This document shows, in pieces, positions 1 through 8,421 of a stretch of DNA of 27,958 nt; position 1 is the first letter of the stretch, and each line of letters opens with the position of its first letter. Origin of the DNA: a virus (lineage: Duplodnaviria > Caudoviricetes); the IMG/VR virus record IMGVR_UViG_3300031974_001917, positions 1-27,958 of that record. One strand, given 5' to 3'. Position numbers and translations under genes: made by a program. The notes beneath the pieces are model-generated. The model was not told where the DNA came from, made no database searches, and saw nothing but the letters and a program-made list of their open reading frames with translations.

Positions 1-256
1 CGACCTATGAAAAATTTGCAGTGTCTTCCACATCTTGTTCTGTGGGGATTGTCTTCATCATCTCCACCAAGATGGTTGTTCCTTGTTCATAGATGGAACC
101 CGGTGTCATTCCAGCTTCCAACAATCGTTCCATGACCTTGAATCCAAACTGGATTGGGTCACCACTGTGGACTGGATAGGCTGGAAGGCATTTTGCATGG
201 TCAACTGCAACAGCAATGGCAGCTGCACACAGTCTTCCAAGTTGTGCTCTGTTGGG
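1..256. repeat. Terminal direct repeat, copy 1 (circular overlap)
   Basis: Aligns ungapped to 27703-27958 with 8 substitutions (positions 92, 119, 127, 152, 155, 161, 188, 196); implies a 27,702 bp unit genome. Confidence 0.97.
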
Positions 257-352
257 TTCTGAACCCCAGATTGCAACAAAGTCCAAACAGACTGCAATGC
301 TGTTTGGAAGCTGGATGTCATGTTCACCAAGTTTCTTCAAATTTACTTTCAT
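5..352 (-). CDS. Tail assembly chaperone (lambda gpG-like), 115 aa
   Basis: Directly downstream of the tail tube gene; GAGGTACACACA RBS; ends in slippery A AAT TTT just before TCA TAG. Confidence 0.8.
   Translation of the reverse strand: MKVNLKKLGEHDIQLPNSIAVCLDFVAIWGSEPNRAQLGRLCAAAIAVAVDHAKCLPAYPVHSGDPIQFGFKVMERLLEAGMTPGSIYEQGTTILVEMMKTIPTEQDVEDTANFS
11..17 (-). other. Programmed -1 ribosomal frameshift site A_AAU_UUU (also at 27713-27719)
   Basis: In-frame X XXY YYZ heptamer; the -1 frame is open across the junction (FIGRSGSFDL) into ORF 27495..27686. Confidence 0.8.
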
Positions 353-373
353 TGTGTGTACCTCTTATTTGAT

Positions 374-410
374 AAAAGTTGGACCACCATGCAGGCAGTC
401 CAAACTTTTT
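374..410 (-). terminator. Intrinsic terminator/attenuator after tail tube gene
   Basis: Minus strand GGACTGCC-TGCAT-GGTGGTCC stem (with G-U pairs) followed by AACTTTT. Confidence 0.6.
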
Positions 411-429
411 TGAAATTTTAATCACTCGA

Positions 430-939
430 TTATGCAGGTCCTGTGACTGTTGCACCACCATAGCAAGTGAAGTTCAATGTGAATGATGATGGGTCACCTT
501 CACTGAAGTCCAAAGTGCAAACACATTTGGACAATGTGACTGTGTGGTCTGCATCATCACCAAAGTCTGTTCCTTCTGCAGTGTACTTGATGTCAACACA
601 GTAGTGTTCCACATATGGTGTGCCAGTTGTACCAGTTGAAGTGTTTCCAGAATAGTTTCCAGACTGTTGGATGAAGTCACGTACTGAACCAGCTTCTGAA
701 CCATCTGTGAATTGTCGGAAGTGGAATGTGAATGAACCAGTCACAGCTTGTTCATCTTGTTTGCGAATTGCAGCGAAGTTTCCACGGTCCATGACAACCA
801 GTTCACTGAATTGTTGTGGTTGACTGAATGCAAAGTTTCCATCTTCATATGCAACTTCCAAAGTCACTGGAACACCAGTGCCATCGAGCAATTCAATCTT
901 GCCATCTCGTTTTGTTTTGGGGATTACTGAATAAGCCAT
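430..939 (-). CDS. Major tail tube protein, 169 aa
   Basis: Beta-rich Thr/Gly/Ser/Phe protein of tail-tube size; lies between neck genes and frameshifting chaperone; GGAGG RBS; followed by hairpin. Confidence 0.75.
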   Translation of the reverse strand: MAYSVIPKTKRDGKIELLDGTGVPVTLEVAYEDGNFAFSQPQQFSELVVMDRGNFAAIRKQDEQAVTGSFTFHFRQFTDGSEAGSVRDFIQQSGNYSGNTSTGTTGTPYVEHYCVDIKYTAEGTDFGDDADHTVTLSKCVCTLDFSEGDPSSFTLNFTCYGGATVTGPA

Positions 940-952
940 TGGTGGCCTCCAT

Positions 953-1378
953 TTAGATTGTGTGTAGGGCGGTAAATTCTATACTGATTATACAGTATTC
1001 TTGAGAGTCTGTCACTTCTCTGGTTGAACTGTTGTATCGAACAGTGAATCCATTGTTGGGTGTCGTGTATGCTGATAAGATGGCATTGATGACATTCTCT
1101 TCTGCATCCAGTGCATTGTCATAATCTGTTGGGTATATGTCCAATGGTCTCAACCGATATGCAAACAGAACCCGGACTGGAGTATTGACATAAACACCCA
1201 CCGCCCTTCTTTGTCTTTCATCAACAGCTGTACTGGATGCCAACTGGACACCAAAAGCAAGATGTGCAACCGTGTTCTCAGTTCTTCCAAAGTAGTCTGG
1301 ACTGTGTTTGGATTCCTTGAATCCTGTCAATCCATCCACTTTGGCAGCGATTGCTGCTCTGATTGCACTGAATTTCAT
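953..1378 (-). CDS. Putative tail terminator/neck protein, 141 aa
   Basis: Size and position immediately upstream of tail tube; ATGA overlap with previous gene. Confidence 0.55.
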   Translation of the reverse strand: MKFSAIRAAIAAKVDGLTGFKESKHSPDYFGRTENTVAHLAFGVQLASSTAVDERQRRAVGVYVNTPVRVLFAYRLRPLDIYPTDYDNALDAEENVINAILSAYTTPNNGFTVRYNSSTREVTDSQEYCIISIEFTALHTI

Positions 1379-2151
1379 CTTCTTCTTCTCGAGCTTCTGA
1401 ATGTTCCATACCGACCCGGTTGATTCAAGAATATCACAGGATTCTTGGCTTGTCGATTATTGGGCTGGTCACTCTGGCCATCATGGTCATAGTCATACAC
1501 AAAGTTGATTTGCTTCCAGTCATGTGTGTACTGTCTGAAGTGTTCACTTGCCAAGTCCAGATATCTTCCATTGGATTGTCCAAGACTGCTGTGGAAGTCT
1601 CTGAAGATGTAATACAATGACAAGTTCTGGTGTGCAGTTCTGAAGGCTTCTGGACTCATCACAAGATATTCCAGACCACCACCTTCTGTTCTCATTCTCT
1701 GAATGATTGTGAACCATGCTTCATCAATATAAGACTGGTAGGATGTCAGGTTGCTGGGGCGAATATCAGCTAGTTGGGAATAAGTAGATGTTAGGTCACC
1801 ATCTGAGACAACCGGGTATAATCTTCTTTTCACCAATGCTGCATTACGGCGAAAGTTGAACACCCCACCAGTCAATTGTATTTCCCATTCTTGCAAGTAC
1901 CCTTCACCCAGTTCCAATGTTTCAGCCAAGTTGGATGAACTGTGTGTGTATTGTGGAATGTTACCGGGATATGTTCCGGCTGCTTCATCCACAATCTTGT
2001 CTCCATTGGGTGCTATCAAACTGTACTTGACATCTGTTGGAACCATCAAGACACCATCTCGATATATTGGAAGTGTGGTCAGTTGGGTCTTTCCACGTTC
2101 CAACAGTTCTGGAACTTTAATCTGGGGTGCATAGGGTGTTGAATTACTCAT
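1375..2151 (-). CDS. Putative head-tail adaptor, 258 aa
   Basis: Synteny after capsid; beta-rich N-terminal half plus helical C-terminal half; ATGA overlaps at both ends. Confidence 0.5.
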   Translation of the reverse strand: MSNSTPYAPQIKVPELLERGKTQLTTLPIYRDGVLMVPTDVKYSLIAPNGDKIVDEAAGTYPGNIPQYTHSSSNLAETLELGEGYLQEWEIQLTGGVFNFRRNAALVKRRLYPVVSDGDLTSTYSQLADIRPSNLTSYQSYIDEAWFTIIQRMRTEGGGLEYLVMSPEAFRTAHQNLSLYYIFRDFHSSLGQSNGRYLDLASEHFRQYTHDWKQINFVYDYDHDGQSDQPNNRQAKNPVIFLNQPGRYGTFRSSRRRR

Positions 2152-2822
2152 TTTATGAATCCTTCATAGATGGCCATTCCAATGGTCTCGTATTCTTGAA
2201 TGAAGTCATTCATGTCTTTGACCACTTGGTTCAGTTCATCAAGTTGTTGTCTTTTCTCTGGAACGTGTTGCTGTTTTATCAGTGCTTCTTTCATCCGGCC
2301 ACTGTTCTTGTCCAGTGCAGCCAGTTCCCAGAAGTGGGGTTCTGGATTGCCAAGCATGTTGGAACGTAACATATTGACAGACCAGTCATGGAATCCATCG
2401 GTGTCCATCTTCTCAATCAGTCGATTGGCCACCACTCGAATGTTCATCCACTTTGGAACATGGTATCTTCCACCACGTACTTGATAAACATGCATATAAT
2501 CGTATTTTTGTGGGTCAAGATAGACCCATCCATCTTGTTGCAACTTACCTATTCTGGAACCCGGATTGCCAATTTCACCAGATATCTGATGAATACCATT
2601 CACACCAGGGACAACTCTTTCCATTCTCAAGTGTGGAATAAAGAAGCCCTTTTTGACTGTCTTGGTTCCCTTTCCAGACTTGACTTCAACATCACGATAG
2701 ACAAAAGACCAGTTGGATGGATGCCATTTGTAATAAAATGGATGATTGGGTCTGACTGGAAGCAGATTCTGTTGTTGTTGGGCCATTGGTGCCCATGGTT
2801 GTGGTTGCATTGGATTTTTCAT
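2148..2822 (-). CDS. Hypothetical protein, 224 aa
   Basis: Long ORF with GAGGTACACACA RBS, coupled to next gene; no motif recognised. Confidence 0.75.
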   Translation of the reverse strand: MKNPMQPQPWAPMAQQQQNLLPVRPNHPFYYKWHPSNWSFVYRDVEVKSGKGTKTVKKGFFIPHLRMERVVPGVNGIHQISGEIGNPGSRIGKLQQDGWVYLDPQKYDYMHVYQVRGGRYHVPKWMNIRVVANRLIEKMDTDGFHDWSVNMLRSNMLGNPEPHFWELAALDKNSGRMKEALIKQQHVPEKRQQLDELNQVVKDMNDFIQEYETIGMAIYEGFIK

Positions 2823-2834
2823 TGTGTGTACCTC

Positions 2835-2871
2835 ATTTGAAAAGATGGGTGGCAGTCAGACCACCACCCAT
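2835..2871 (-). terminator. Intrinsic terminator after capsid gene
   Basis: ATGGGTGGTGGT-CTG-ACTGCCACCCAT hairpin followed by CTTTT. Confidence 0.7.
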
Positions 2872-2894
2872 ATAATATTTAATATTGAATCTGA

Positions 2895-3830
2895 TTAGAC
2901 TGCAGAAATCAACAAGCATCCACGGTCATTGTCAATGATTGACATTCCCAAGTAAGCATGACCAACAATCTTGGTCAAAGCTTTGTCAGCTTCTCGTTCC
3001 ATCTCAATCATCACTTCACCCATTTCCATGGATTCAGCAGCACCAGCCAAAGCTGTTGGCATACCAGTTGCAAAACCAATTGCACCAGCTGCGAACAAAG
3101 CACCTTGATGGTCAGTGCTGTCATTGGTCACATGTGAAGAAGTGTAGATTTCAACACCCATGAACTGACCTTTGTAGTGGCTACCTTTAGCACTGATTGC
3201 TTCATACGATGCTGGAACGAATTGCAAGATACCATTGGTCAAAGAAACAATGTCATCTTGTAAGTCTGCCCATTGCTTTGGATGCAATACAGCAACGTAT
3301 GGACCTGGGGCACCTTTGTTTGATGCAGCTGCTTCCAATGCTTGAATGGCATCCAAGAACTTGTCAACATCCAATGCTGCACCAGTTGAACCTTTAACTG
3401 TAGTGAATCCAGCAATGGTGGCACCAGTCAAGTCAGCAAACAAAGCATCATAAGATTTGGAGATTGATTCAGCAATTCGGAATGGGTCAATGTCGCCTTG
3501 GCCCAAAGCTGTCATGCCAGCCAAGTCACTGATTTCATATGCTAAAGCTTGTCTTTTGACAACAACATCAACATGGCCATCAGTCAAGTTGGATGGTGAA
3601 ACTTGATTGGCTTCGGTTGCACCAGTGAAAGCTGTGAATCCATCATATCCATCAAGTCCAGCTTTGCGAACTCGGATGGTATCTGAACCCATACCATTGA
3701 TTGAACCTACAAAGTCCATGAATGGGGTATTTCGGAGGTTTGTTGAATCGGTTAAAAGAAGTCGGATTTCTTGAGAAATCATCTGTGCTAGTCGTAAATC
3801 ACCAGACAGATTGTTCTGTGTAATTGGCAT
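2895..3830 (-). CDS. Major capsid protein (HK97 fold expected), 311 aa
   Basis: Capsid-like motifs (GSDTIRVRK, YVAVLHPKQWADL, GQFMGVEIYTS, YLGMSIID); own promoter and terminator; AGGTG RBS favours ATG at 3830. Confidence 0.85.
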   Translation of the reverse strand: MPITQNNLSGDLRLAQMISQEIRLLLTDSTNLRNTPFMDFVGSINGMGSDTIRVRKAGLDGYDGFTAFTGATEANQVSPSNLTDGHVDVVVKRQALAYEISDLAGMTALGQGDIDPFRIAESISKSYDALFADLTGATIAGFTTVKGSTGAALDVDKFLDAIQALEAAASNKGAPGPYVAVLHPKQWADLQDDIVSLTNGILQFVPASYEAISAKGSHYKGQFMGVEIYTSSHVTNDSTDHQGALFAAGAIGFATGMPTALAGAAESMEMGEVMIEMEREADKALTKIVGHAYLGMSIIDNDRGCLLISAV

Positions 3831-3931
3831 AATAAACACCTAATATGTGAGGTTGAAGGTTTGGTTGGTTTGGTTGTGGATTACTGCTGTTAACGGTTGC
3901 GAACCTTCCACATCAAGATGTCATTGACTAT

Positions 3932-3960
3932 ATTGTACAGCATAATTTCAGAGTGTGCAA
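3932..3960 (-). promoter_or_regulatory. Sigma70-type promoter for capsid gene
   Basis: TTGCAC-N17-TACAAT, immediately downstream of a terminator. Confidence 0.7.
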
Positions 3961-3967
3961 CATAAAC

Positions 3968-3993
3968 AAAAAACCCACCCGGTTAAGGGTGGG
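3968..3993 (-). terminator. Intrinsic terminator after fibre gene
   Basis: CCCACCC-TTAACC-GGGTGGG followed by TTTTTT. Confidence 0.85.
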
Positions 3994-4037
3994 AAAAAGT
4001 GAGGTACAAAACTTTTATTTAGGGAAAATATCAACGG

Positions 4038-5411
4038 TTAGATTGAAACAACGATTTCAGCACCAGTCACATTGATGACTGACTTCACCTTGACATTGTT
4101 GGAATCAACCAGCTGGACATCCAACTGAATCAAGTTTCCACTGGAATCATATGCAGACACATGAACAATCTTCTTTCCAAGACCATGATTCAAGGTAGCA
4201 AAGGTATTTGCAGTCAAGTTCTGTGGTGCGAACTCTTTTCGGAAGTCATCAATGTCAACAAGGATTTGACCATTGGTAACACTTGCCAAGTTTCCAGCTG
4301 AACTGTCAGCTGTGATTGCTGCTTGCGCTCGTGCATTGGTGAAGTACAAGTTTGCACCTTCAGCAACATCATCAGTAGTTGCATCCAATGCATATTCACC
4401 ATTACTGTATGACAAGCCATCACCTGCTGTGAATTGTGCAAAGATGTCAGACAATACCACAGACAAGTCACCATTGGCTTCTTTAGTGAGCAACTGAACT
4501 TCAGGACTGGTCACTGACTTGATGTTGATTGCAGAACGGGCACGGGCATCTGTGAAGTACAGATTTGCACCTTCAGCAATATCATCAGTGTCAGCTGTCA
4601 ATTCGAATACACCAGTTGAAGAAGTGTATGACAGACCAGCACCAGTGACAGACACAGCACCACGAGCACGGGCATCTGTGAAGAATAAGTTGGTTGCTCC
4701 AGCTTGTTCCACTACATCATCAGTGTCCACAGCCAATGCGATTGCACCAGTTGAACTGTTGTATGTGATACCGTTTCCAGATACACTGATTGCACCACGG
4801 GCACGGGCATCTGTGAAGTACAAGTTTGAAGAACCTTCTGCAATGCCATCAGAATCAACGTTCAAAGAGAATGTTCCATTGGCGCTGCTGTAGGACAATC
4901 CAGTTCCAGCAGCAAAGAAACCACGGATTTCACCTTGGTCTGCTGTGAATTCACCAGTTGCAGCATCAAAGTCAATACCAGAAGAAGCAGACAAAGCAGC
5001 ACGAACTTCAGCATCTGATACATCTTGTCCTTCAATCTCAGTCCAGTCAGCATCTGTACCAGCTGAACCACCATTGTGAATGTAAGTTTCAGCACGACCA
5101 GAAACACCAGTCAAAACAATGATGTCACCTTCTTGTTTTTCATCTCCATTGCTGTAGTTATTAGCAATCCAGTTGGCCAAAGAAGTTTCAGTTGTGTCAA
5201 CAGATACATCAGTGATGGTCAATGGCTTCAACTTAAGTTGTTTCTCTCCATTGACAGTGACTAGTTCTGCATAGTTTGCAGAATCAGAAGCAATACCAAC
5301 AACAGCATTGGCTTCAAGATATGAACGGGTTACGGCATGGTTGTCAGCAGTTGGGTTCTGATTCAACTGGACAACACCTTCAAAAACATTTGTGGGTGCA
5401 AGGAATTGCAT
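4038..5411 (-). CDS. Repeat-containing virion fibre protein, 457 aa
   Basis: Ala/Gly/Ser/Thr-rich; four NL(Y/F)FT(D/N)ARA repeats and GxGLSY repeats typical of phage fibre shafts. Confidence 0.7.
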   Translation of the reverse strand: MQFLAPTNVFEGVVQLNQNPTADNHAVTRSYLEANAVVGIASDSANYAELVTVNGEKQLKLKPLTITDVSVDTTETSLANWIANNYSNGDEKQEGDIIVLTGVSGRAETYIHNGGSAGTDADWTEIEGQDVSDAEVRAALSASSGIDFDAATGEFTADQGEIRGFFAAGTGLSYSSANGTFSLNVDSDGIAEGSSNLYFTDARARGAISVSGNGITYNSSTGAIALAVDTDDVVEQAGATNLFFTDARARGAVSVTGAGLSYTSSTGVFELTADTDDIAEGANLYFTDARARSAINIKSVTSPEVQLLTKEANGDLSVVLSDIFAQFTAGDGLSYSNGEYALDATTDDVAEGANLYFTNARAQAAITADSSAGNLASVTNGQILVDIDDFRKEFAPQNLTANTFATLNHGLGKKIVHVSAYDSSGNLIQLDVQLVDSNNVKVKSVINVTGAEIVVSI

Positions 5412-5455
5412 GGTTATACTCCATTATGGATGGTTGAGATTAGTTCATTGATACT

Positions 5456-5668
5456 TTATCTGATGACAATGATTCCTGTGGTTGCATTTACGAAACTCAC
5501 CACCAGTTGATTGGAATTTGTGTGTGTTACTTCTGCATATACCACAGTGCCATTAATCAGCACTTGGACATTGGGAATGTAGTTCAGATTGTGTGTGATT
5601 GTAACTTGGGCCACATTGGAGAATGGATATTCTTTTGGCCTACTTGGAAAAAACGTTGCTTTTGCCAT
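5456..5668 (-). CDS. Small beta-rich virion protein, 70 aa
   Basis: GAGGTACA RBS; TITHNLNYIPNVQV motif resembles the C-terminal domain of the adjacent fibre. Confidence 0.7.
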   Translation of the reverse strand: MAKATFFPSRPKEYPFSNVAQVTITHNLNYIPNVQVLINGTVVYAEVTHTNSNQLVVSFVNATTGIIVIR

Positions 5669-5693
5669 GTTCTTTGTACCTCTAGCATTGTTG

Positions 5694-6002
5694 TTATTCT
5701 TCGAATATTAGTGTGACCTCTGCACTGGATGAAGACTTGGTTGCAACTTGGATGGAACTGTTCTGATTGGTTCCACGACCACGACTGATTGTCATGTATC
5801 CACCAGACTTGATGAATATCTTGTGGACTCCAGTTGTGGAACCTCCATCTGTTCCTTCGAATGAAACATAGATATCATGTTGTTCACATCCCACTGTGAT
5901 TGTTCTGGTCTTCCCTGGAAGAACCACATCAGTCCATGTCTGGACTGCATTGAAGTTCCTGATGATGGGGAATGTGTTTAGACTTTTATAGTCTTGGCTC
6001 AT
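5694..6002 (-). CDS. Hypothetical beta-rich protein, possibly capsid decoration, 102 aa
   Basis: ATGA overlap with scaffold gene; head-module position. Confidence 0.65.
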   Translation of the reverse strand: MSQDYKSLNTFPIIRNFNAVQTWTDVVLPGKTRTITVGCEQHDIYVSFEGTDGGSTTGVHKIFIKSGGYMTISRGRGTNQNSSIQVATKSSSSAEVTLIFEE

Positions 6003-6634
6003 TTTTTACCCCAGGCTTTTCTGATTGCATCTCGGTTGGCTTTGTAGAATTCAAAGTCTTCTGCACCACGTTTCAAGATATCTGTGGACTGGACTGGTGC
6101 TGGAGCTGTTCCAGTGTTGGTCTTTGGAGCAATCAAAGCTGGTTGTTCTGGCTCTGGTGCTGTTGTGGCTTGTTCGGTCACTTGTTCGGTCACTTGTTCT
6201 GGTGCAGCTGCAGTTGTGTTGGACTGAAGATGTGGTCTCAGTGTCACTGGTGCCTTCGATGGGTCTTCTTTCATGGATGTCAGCCAGTCATTCAATGATG
6301 GTGCTTTGTCATCACCTTTGGTGGCCTTCTCGTATTGCCATTCCACCAGTTCACGAACTTCTGGGTCTGTGATTCCAAGTTCTGACATGGCACTGTGTCT
6401 GGAATAGCGATTGTTGGCACTTTCCAATTCAGATTCCAGTTCTTGGACACGACTGGACAACTTCTGAATCTTGGACAGTTCTCCAGATTGGTTGTCCAAC
6501 TGTTCTTGGATGGTTGCAGCTGCTTCTTCTGCTGCAATGGCTCTTGCACTTAGCTTCTGGATTCTGTCTTTGAATGCATTCTCGATATCTGCTTTCAAAA
6601 CGTATTCTTGACCTTCATGATTTATTGTGTTCAT
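5999..6634 (-). CDS. Capsid scaffolding protein, 211 aa
   Basis: Acidic coiled-coil N-terminus, Pro/Ala/Thr/Glu linker, short basic C-terminal helix; between portal and capsid; GGAGGTAC RBS. Confidence 0.7.
   Translation of the reverse strand: MNTINHEGQEYVLKADIENAFKDRIQKLSARAIAAEEAAATIQEQLDNQSGELSKIQKLSSRVQELESELESANNRYSRHSAMSELGITDPEVRELVEWQYEKATKGDDKAPSLNDWLTSMKEDPSKAPVTLRPHLQSNTTAAAPEQVTEQVTEQATTAPEPEQPALIAPKTNTGTAPAPVQSTDILKRGAEDFEFYKANRDAIRKAWGKK
6171..6199. repeat. 12-bp tandem repeat (about 2.5 copies) encoding EQVT-EQVT-EQ
   Basis: tgttcggtcact tgttcggtcact tgttc. Confidence 0.85.
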
Positions 6635-6962
6635 CTTTGGTACCTCGGAGATGTTGGTTTTTATGGAAAATTAAGTCTGTGAAGATGGCTGTGGTTGCTG
6701 TCTTGTTATCCCATTGCTTTTCATCAACCAAGTCCATGAACTGTCCAAGGGTGGCCAATGGAAGCCAATGGTCATACAAGTCCAACATTCTCATGGTCCG
6801 TTCTTTGGTGAATGCATACTGACAATGTGGATGGACAATTCTGATGGTCTCCACCAAGTGAATGTCCATGATTGTGGACATCCATTCCACCTTCCCTGTT
6901 TGGATTGGAAGTGGTTCTTTGCACTGTTGACAGTTCAATGGTTTCCAAAGTCTTGGCATCAT
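6615..6962 (-). CDS. Hypothetical protein with CxxC and HPHC (possible Zn binding), 115 aa
   Basis: ATGA overlap with portal stop; fills the portal-scaffold gap. Confidence 0.65.
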   Translation of the reverse strand: MMPRLWKPLNCQQCKEPLPIQTGKVEWMSTIMDIHLVETIRIVHPHCQYAFTKERTMRMLDLYDHWLPLATLGQFMDLVDEKQWDNKTATTAIFTDLIFHKNQHLRGTKDEHNKS

Positions 6963-8419
6963 AAGAATTCTGCTCTCTCTCTTCTGATTTGAATCAAATA
7001 GTCTCTGGCTTCTCTGGCATCCATGTCATCATACATCATCATAACTGCTGTAACTGGGGATATCAGACCAGCATTCATCTTGGCAATGATGTCTTCACGT
7101 TGAGCACGCATTTCTTCTGGTGTCAATGGCATACTGTGGTAGGATACCCGGTATCCATCTTCTGGAAGATTGGTGCCAAGATAACGATTTGATAACATGG
7201 CTGTTTTGGCCAACAGTTCTTCATCACCCATTCTGAAGACTGGTGCAAACTTCTTCTGTGCTTCACGTTGTCCAGCTTTGGACACTGCCAATGAATATCC
7301 GCTTCTTGGGTCAGCTGCTGTTCTGGAGATGTCACTTGGTGCCAGTCCTGCACTCAGTGCAACACGGACTTCATACTTGGACACAGCTTCCAACAAGTCC
7401 TGTGGGTCTGTAGCAATCCCAAAGGAACCCACCATTGGTTGTCCTTGGGCATCTGGGTCTTGGGTGAACACCAATATGGAAGATGGGTCTGTGGATATGG
7501 ATGCTCTTCTGGCAACACTGTTCTGGTCCATCTGATTGAGACCAGCCAAAGTGAGACCAGCAACATATTTTTGTGACCAAGATGCAGACTTCACCAAGTG
7601 TGTCCACATCGAATATAGAACTGCACTGGTCAAAGAACCATACACCATTTGTGAACCTGTGTATGTATCCCACAGATATCCTGTCTTTTCAGCATGATAC
7701 AAGACAATTGGAATGAATGGAACATTGTTCTGGTCTCGATATGGATATGTAGGCCCTTGATGCGTTGGGTGGCCCATGTACACTTCAGACACATCTGCAC
7801 CAATGGAACCATCATTGTTGACTTCAAACATTCCAAAAGATGGATTGTCCATGTTTCTGATGTCCATGATGTCCACCACCCAAACATATTTTCCATCTTG
7901 ATTCTTTCGAAGTCTGTATTCTTGATAATAGACTGGCACATCTGGCTGGTCTGGATGGGATTCACAATAGACCAAGTCAGGAGTGACCAACCTGTATTGG
8001 ATACCGGGAACGCGTGCTGGACTGTTTTGAGTGTGTGGATTCACATCAATTCTGATGATGGATTCTCTTAGACCAATGACCATCTGTTGTCCACGTTGCA
8101 TCAACTGCCACAATCCAGCTTTGGTGACAAGACCTTCACGACCAACCAAGTCATTGATGTCACCATTCATATTGGTCACAGCTGGTGTTTCATGGTACAA
8201 CACTGATAACTGTCTGGTGATTTGTTCAAAAGGATTTGAACTCATGTCACTTGGTCCCCAGGCTTCCCTTCGGTCTGGTGGAAGATGTCTTGCCAATTCA
8301 TCTTCCAAGTCTTCTTCCCATGCTCCAAGAATCATTCTTCTTCGAAGTCCAGTGTGATCCCATCTGGCTTGTTCTCCAGCATTGGGTGCAAGTGGTTTCA
8401 TCGGTTTATCATTGAACAT
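6959..8419 (-). CDS. Portal protein, 486 aa
   Basis: Follows terL; portal size; motifs PFIPIVLYH, SGYSL, GLISPVTAV; GAGGT RBS. Confidence 0.8.
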   Translation of the reverse strand: MFNDKPMKPLAPNAGEQARWDHTGLRRRMILGAWEEDLEDELARHLPPDRREAWGPSDMSSNPFEQITRQLSVLYHETPAVTNMNGDINDLVGREGLVTKAGLWQLMQRGQQMVIGLRESIIRIDVNPHTQNSPARVPGIQYRLVTPDLVYCESHPDQPDVPVYYQEYRLRKNQDGKYVWVVDIMDIRNMDNPSFGMFEVNNDGSIGADVSEVYMGHPTHQGPTYPYRDQNNVPFIPIVLYHAEKTGYLWDTYTGSQMVYGSLTSAVLYSMWTHLVKSASWSQKYVAGLTLAGLNQMDQNSVARRASISTDPSSILVFTQDPDAQGQPMVGSFGIATDPQDLLEAVSKYEVRVALSAGLAPSDISRTAADPRSGYSLAVSKAGQREAQKKFAPVFRMGDEELLAKTAMLSNRYLGTNLPEDGYRVSYHSMPLTPEEMRAQREDIIAKMNAGLISPVTAVMMMYDDMDAREARDYLIQIRRERAEFL

Positions 8420-8421
8420 TG

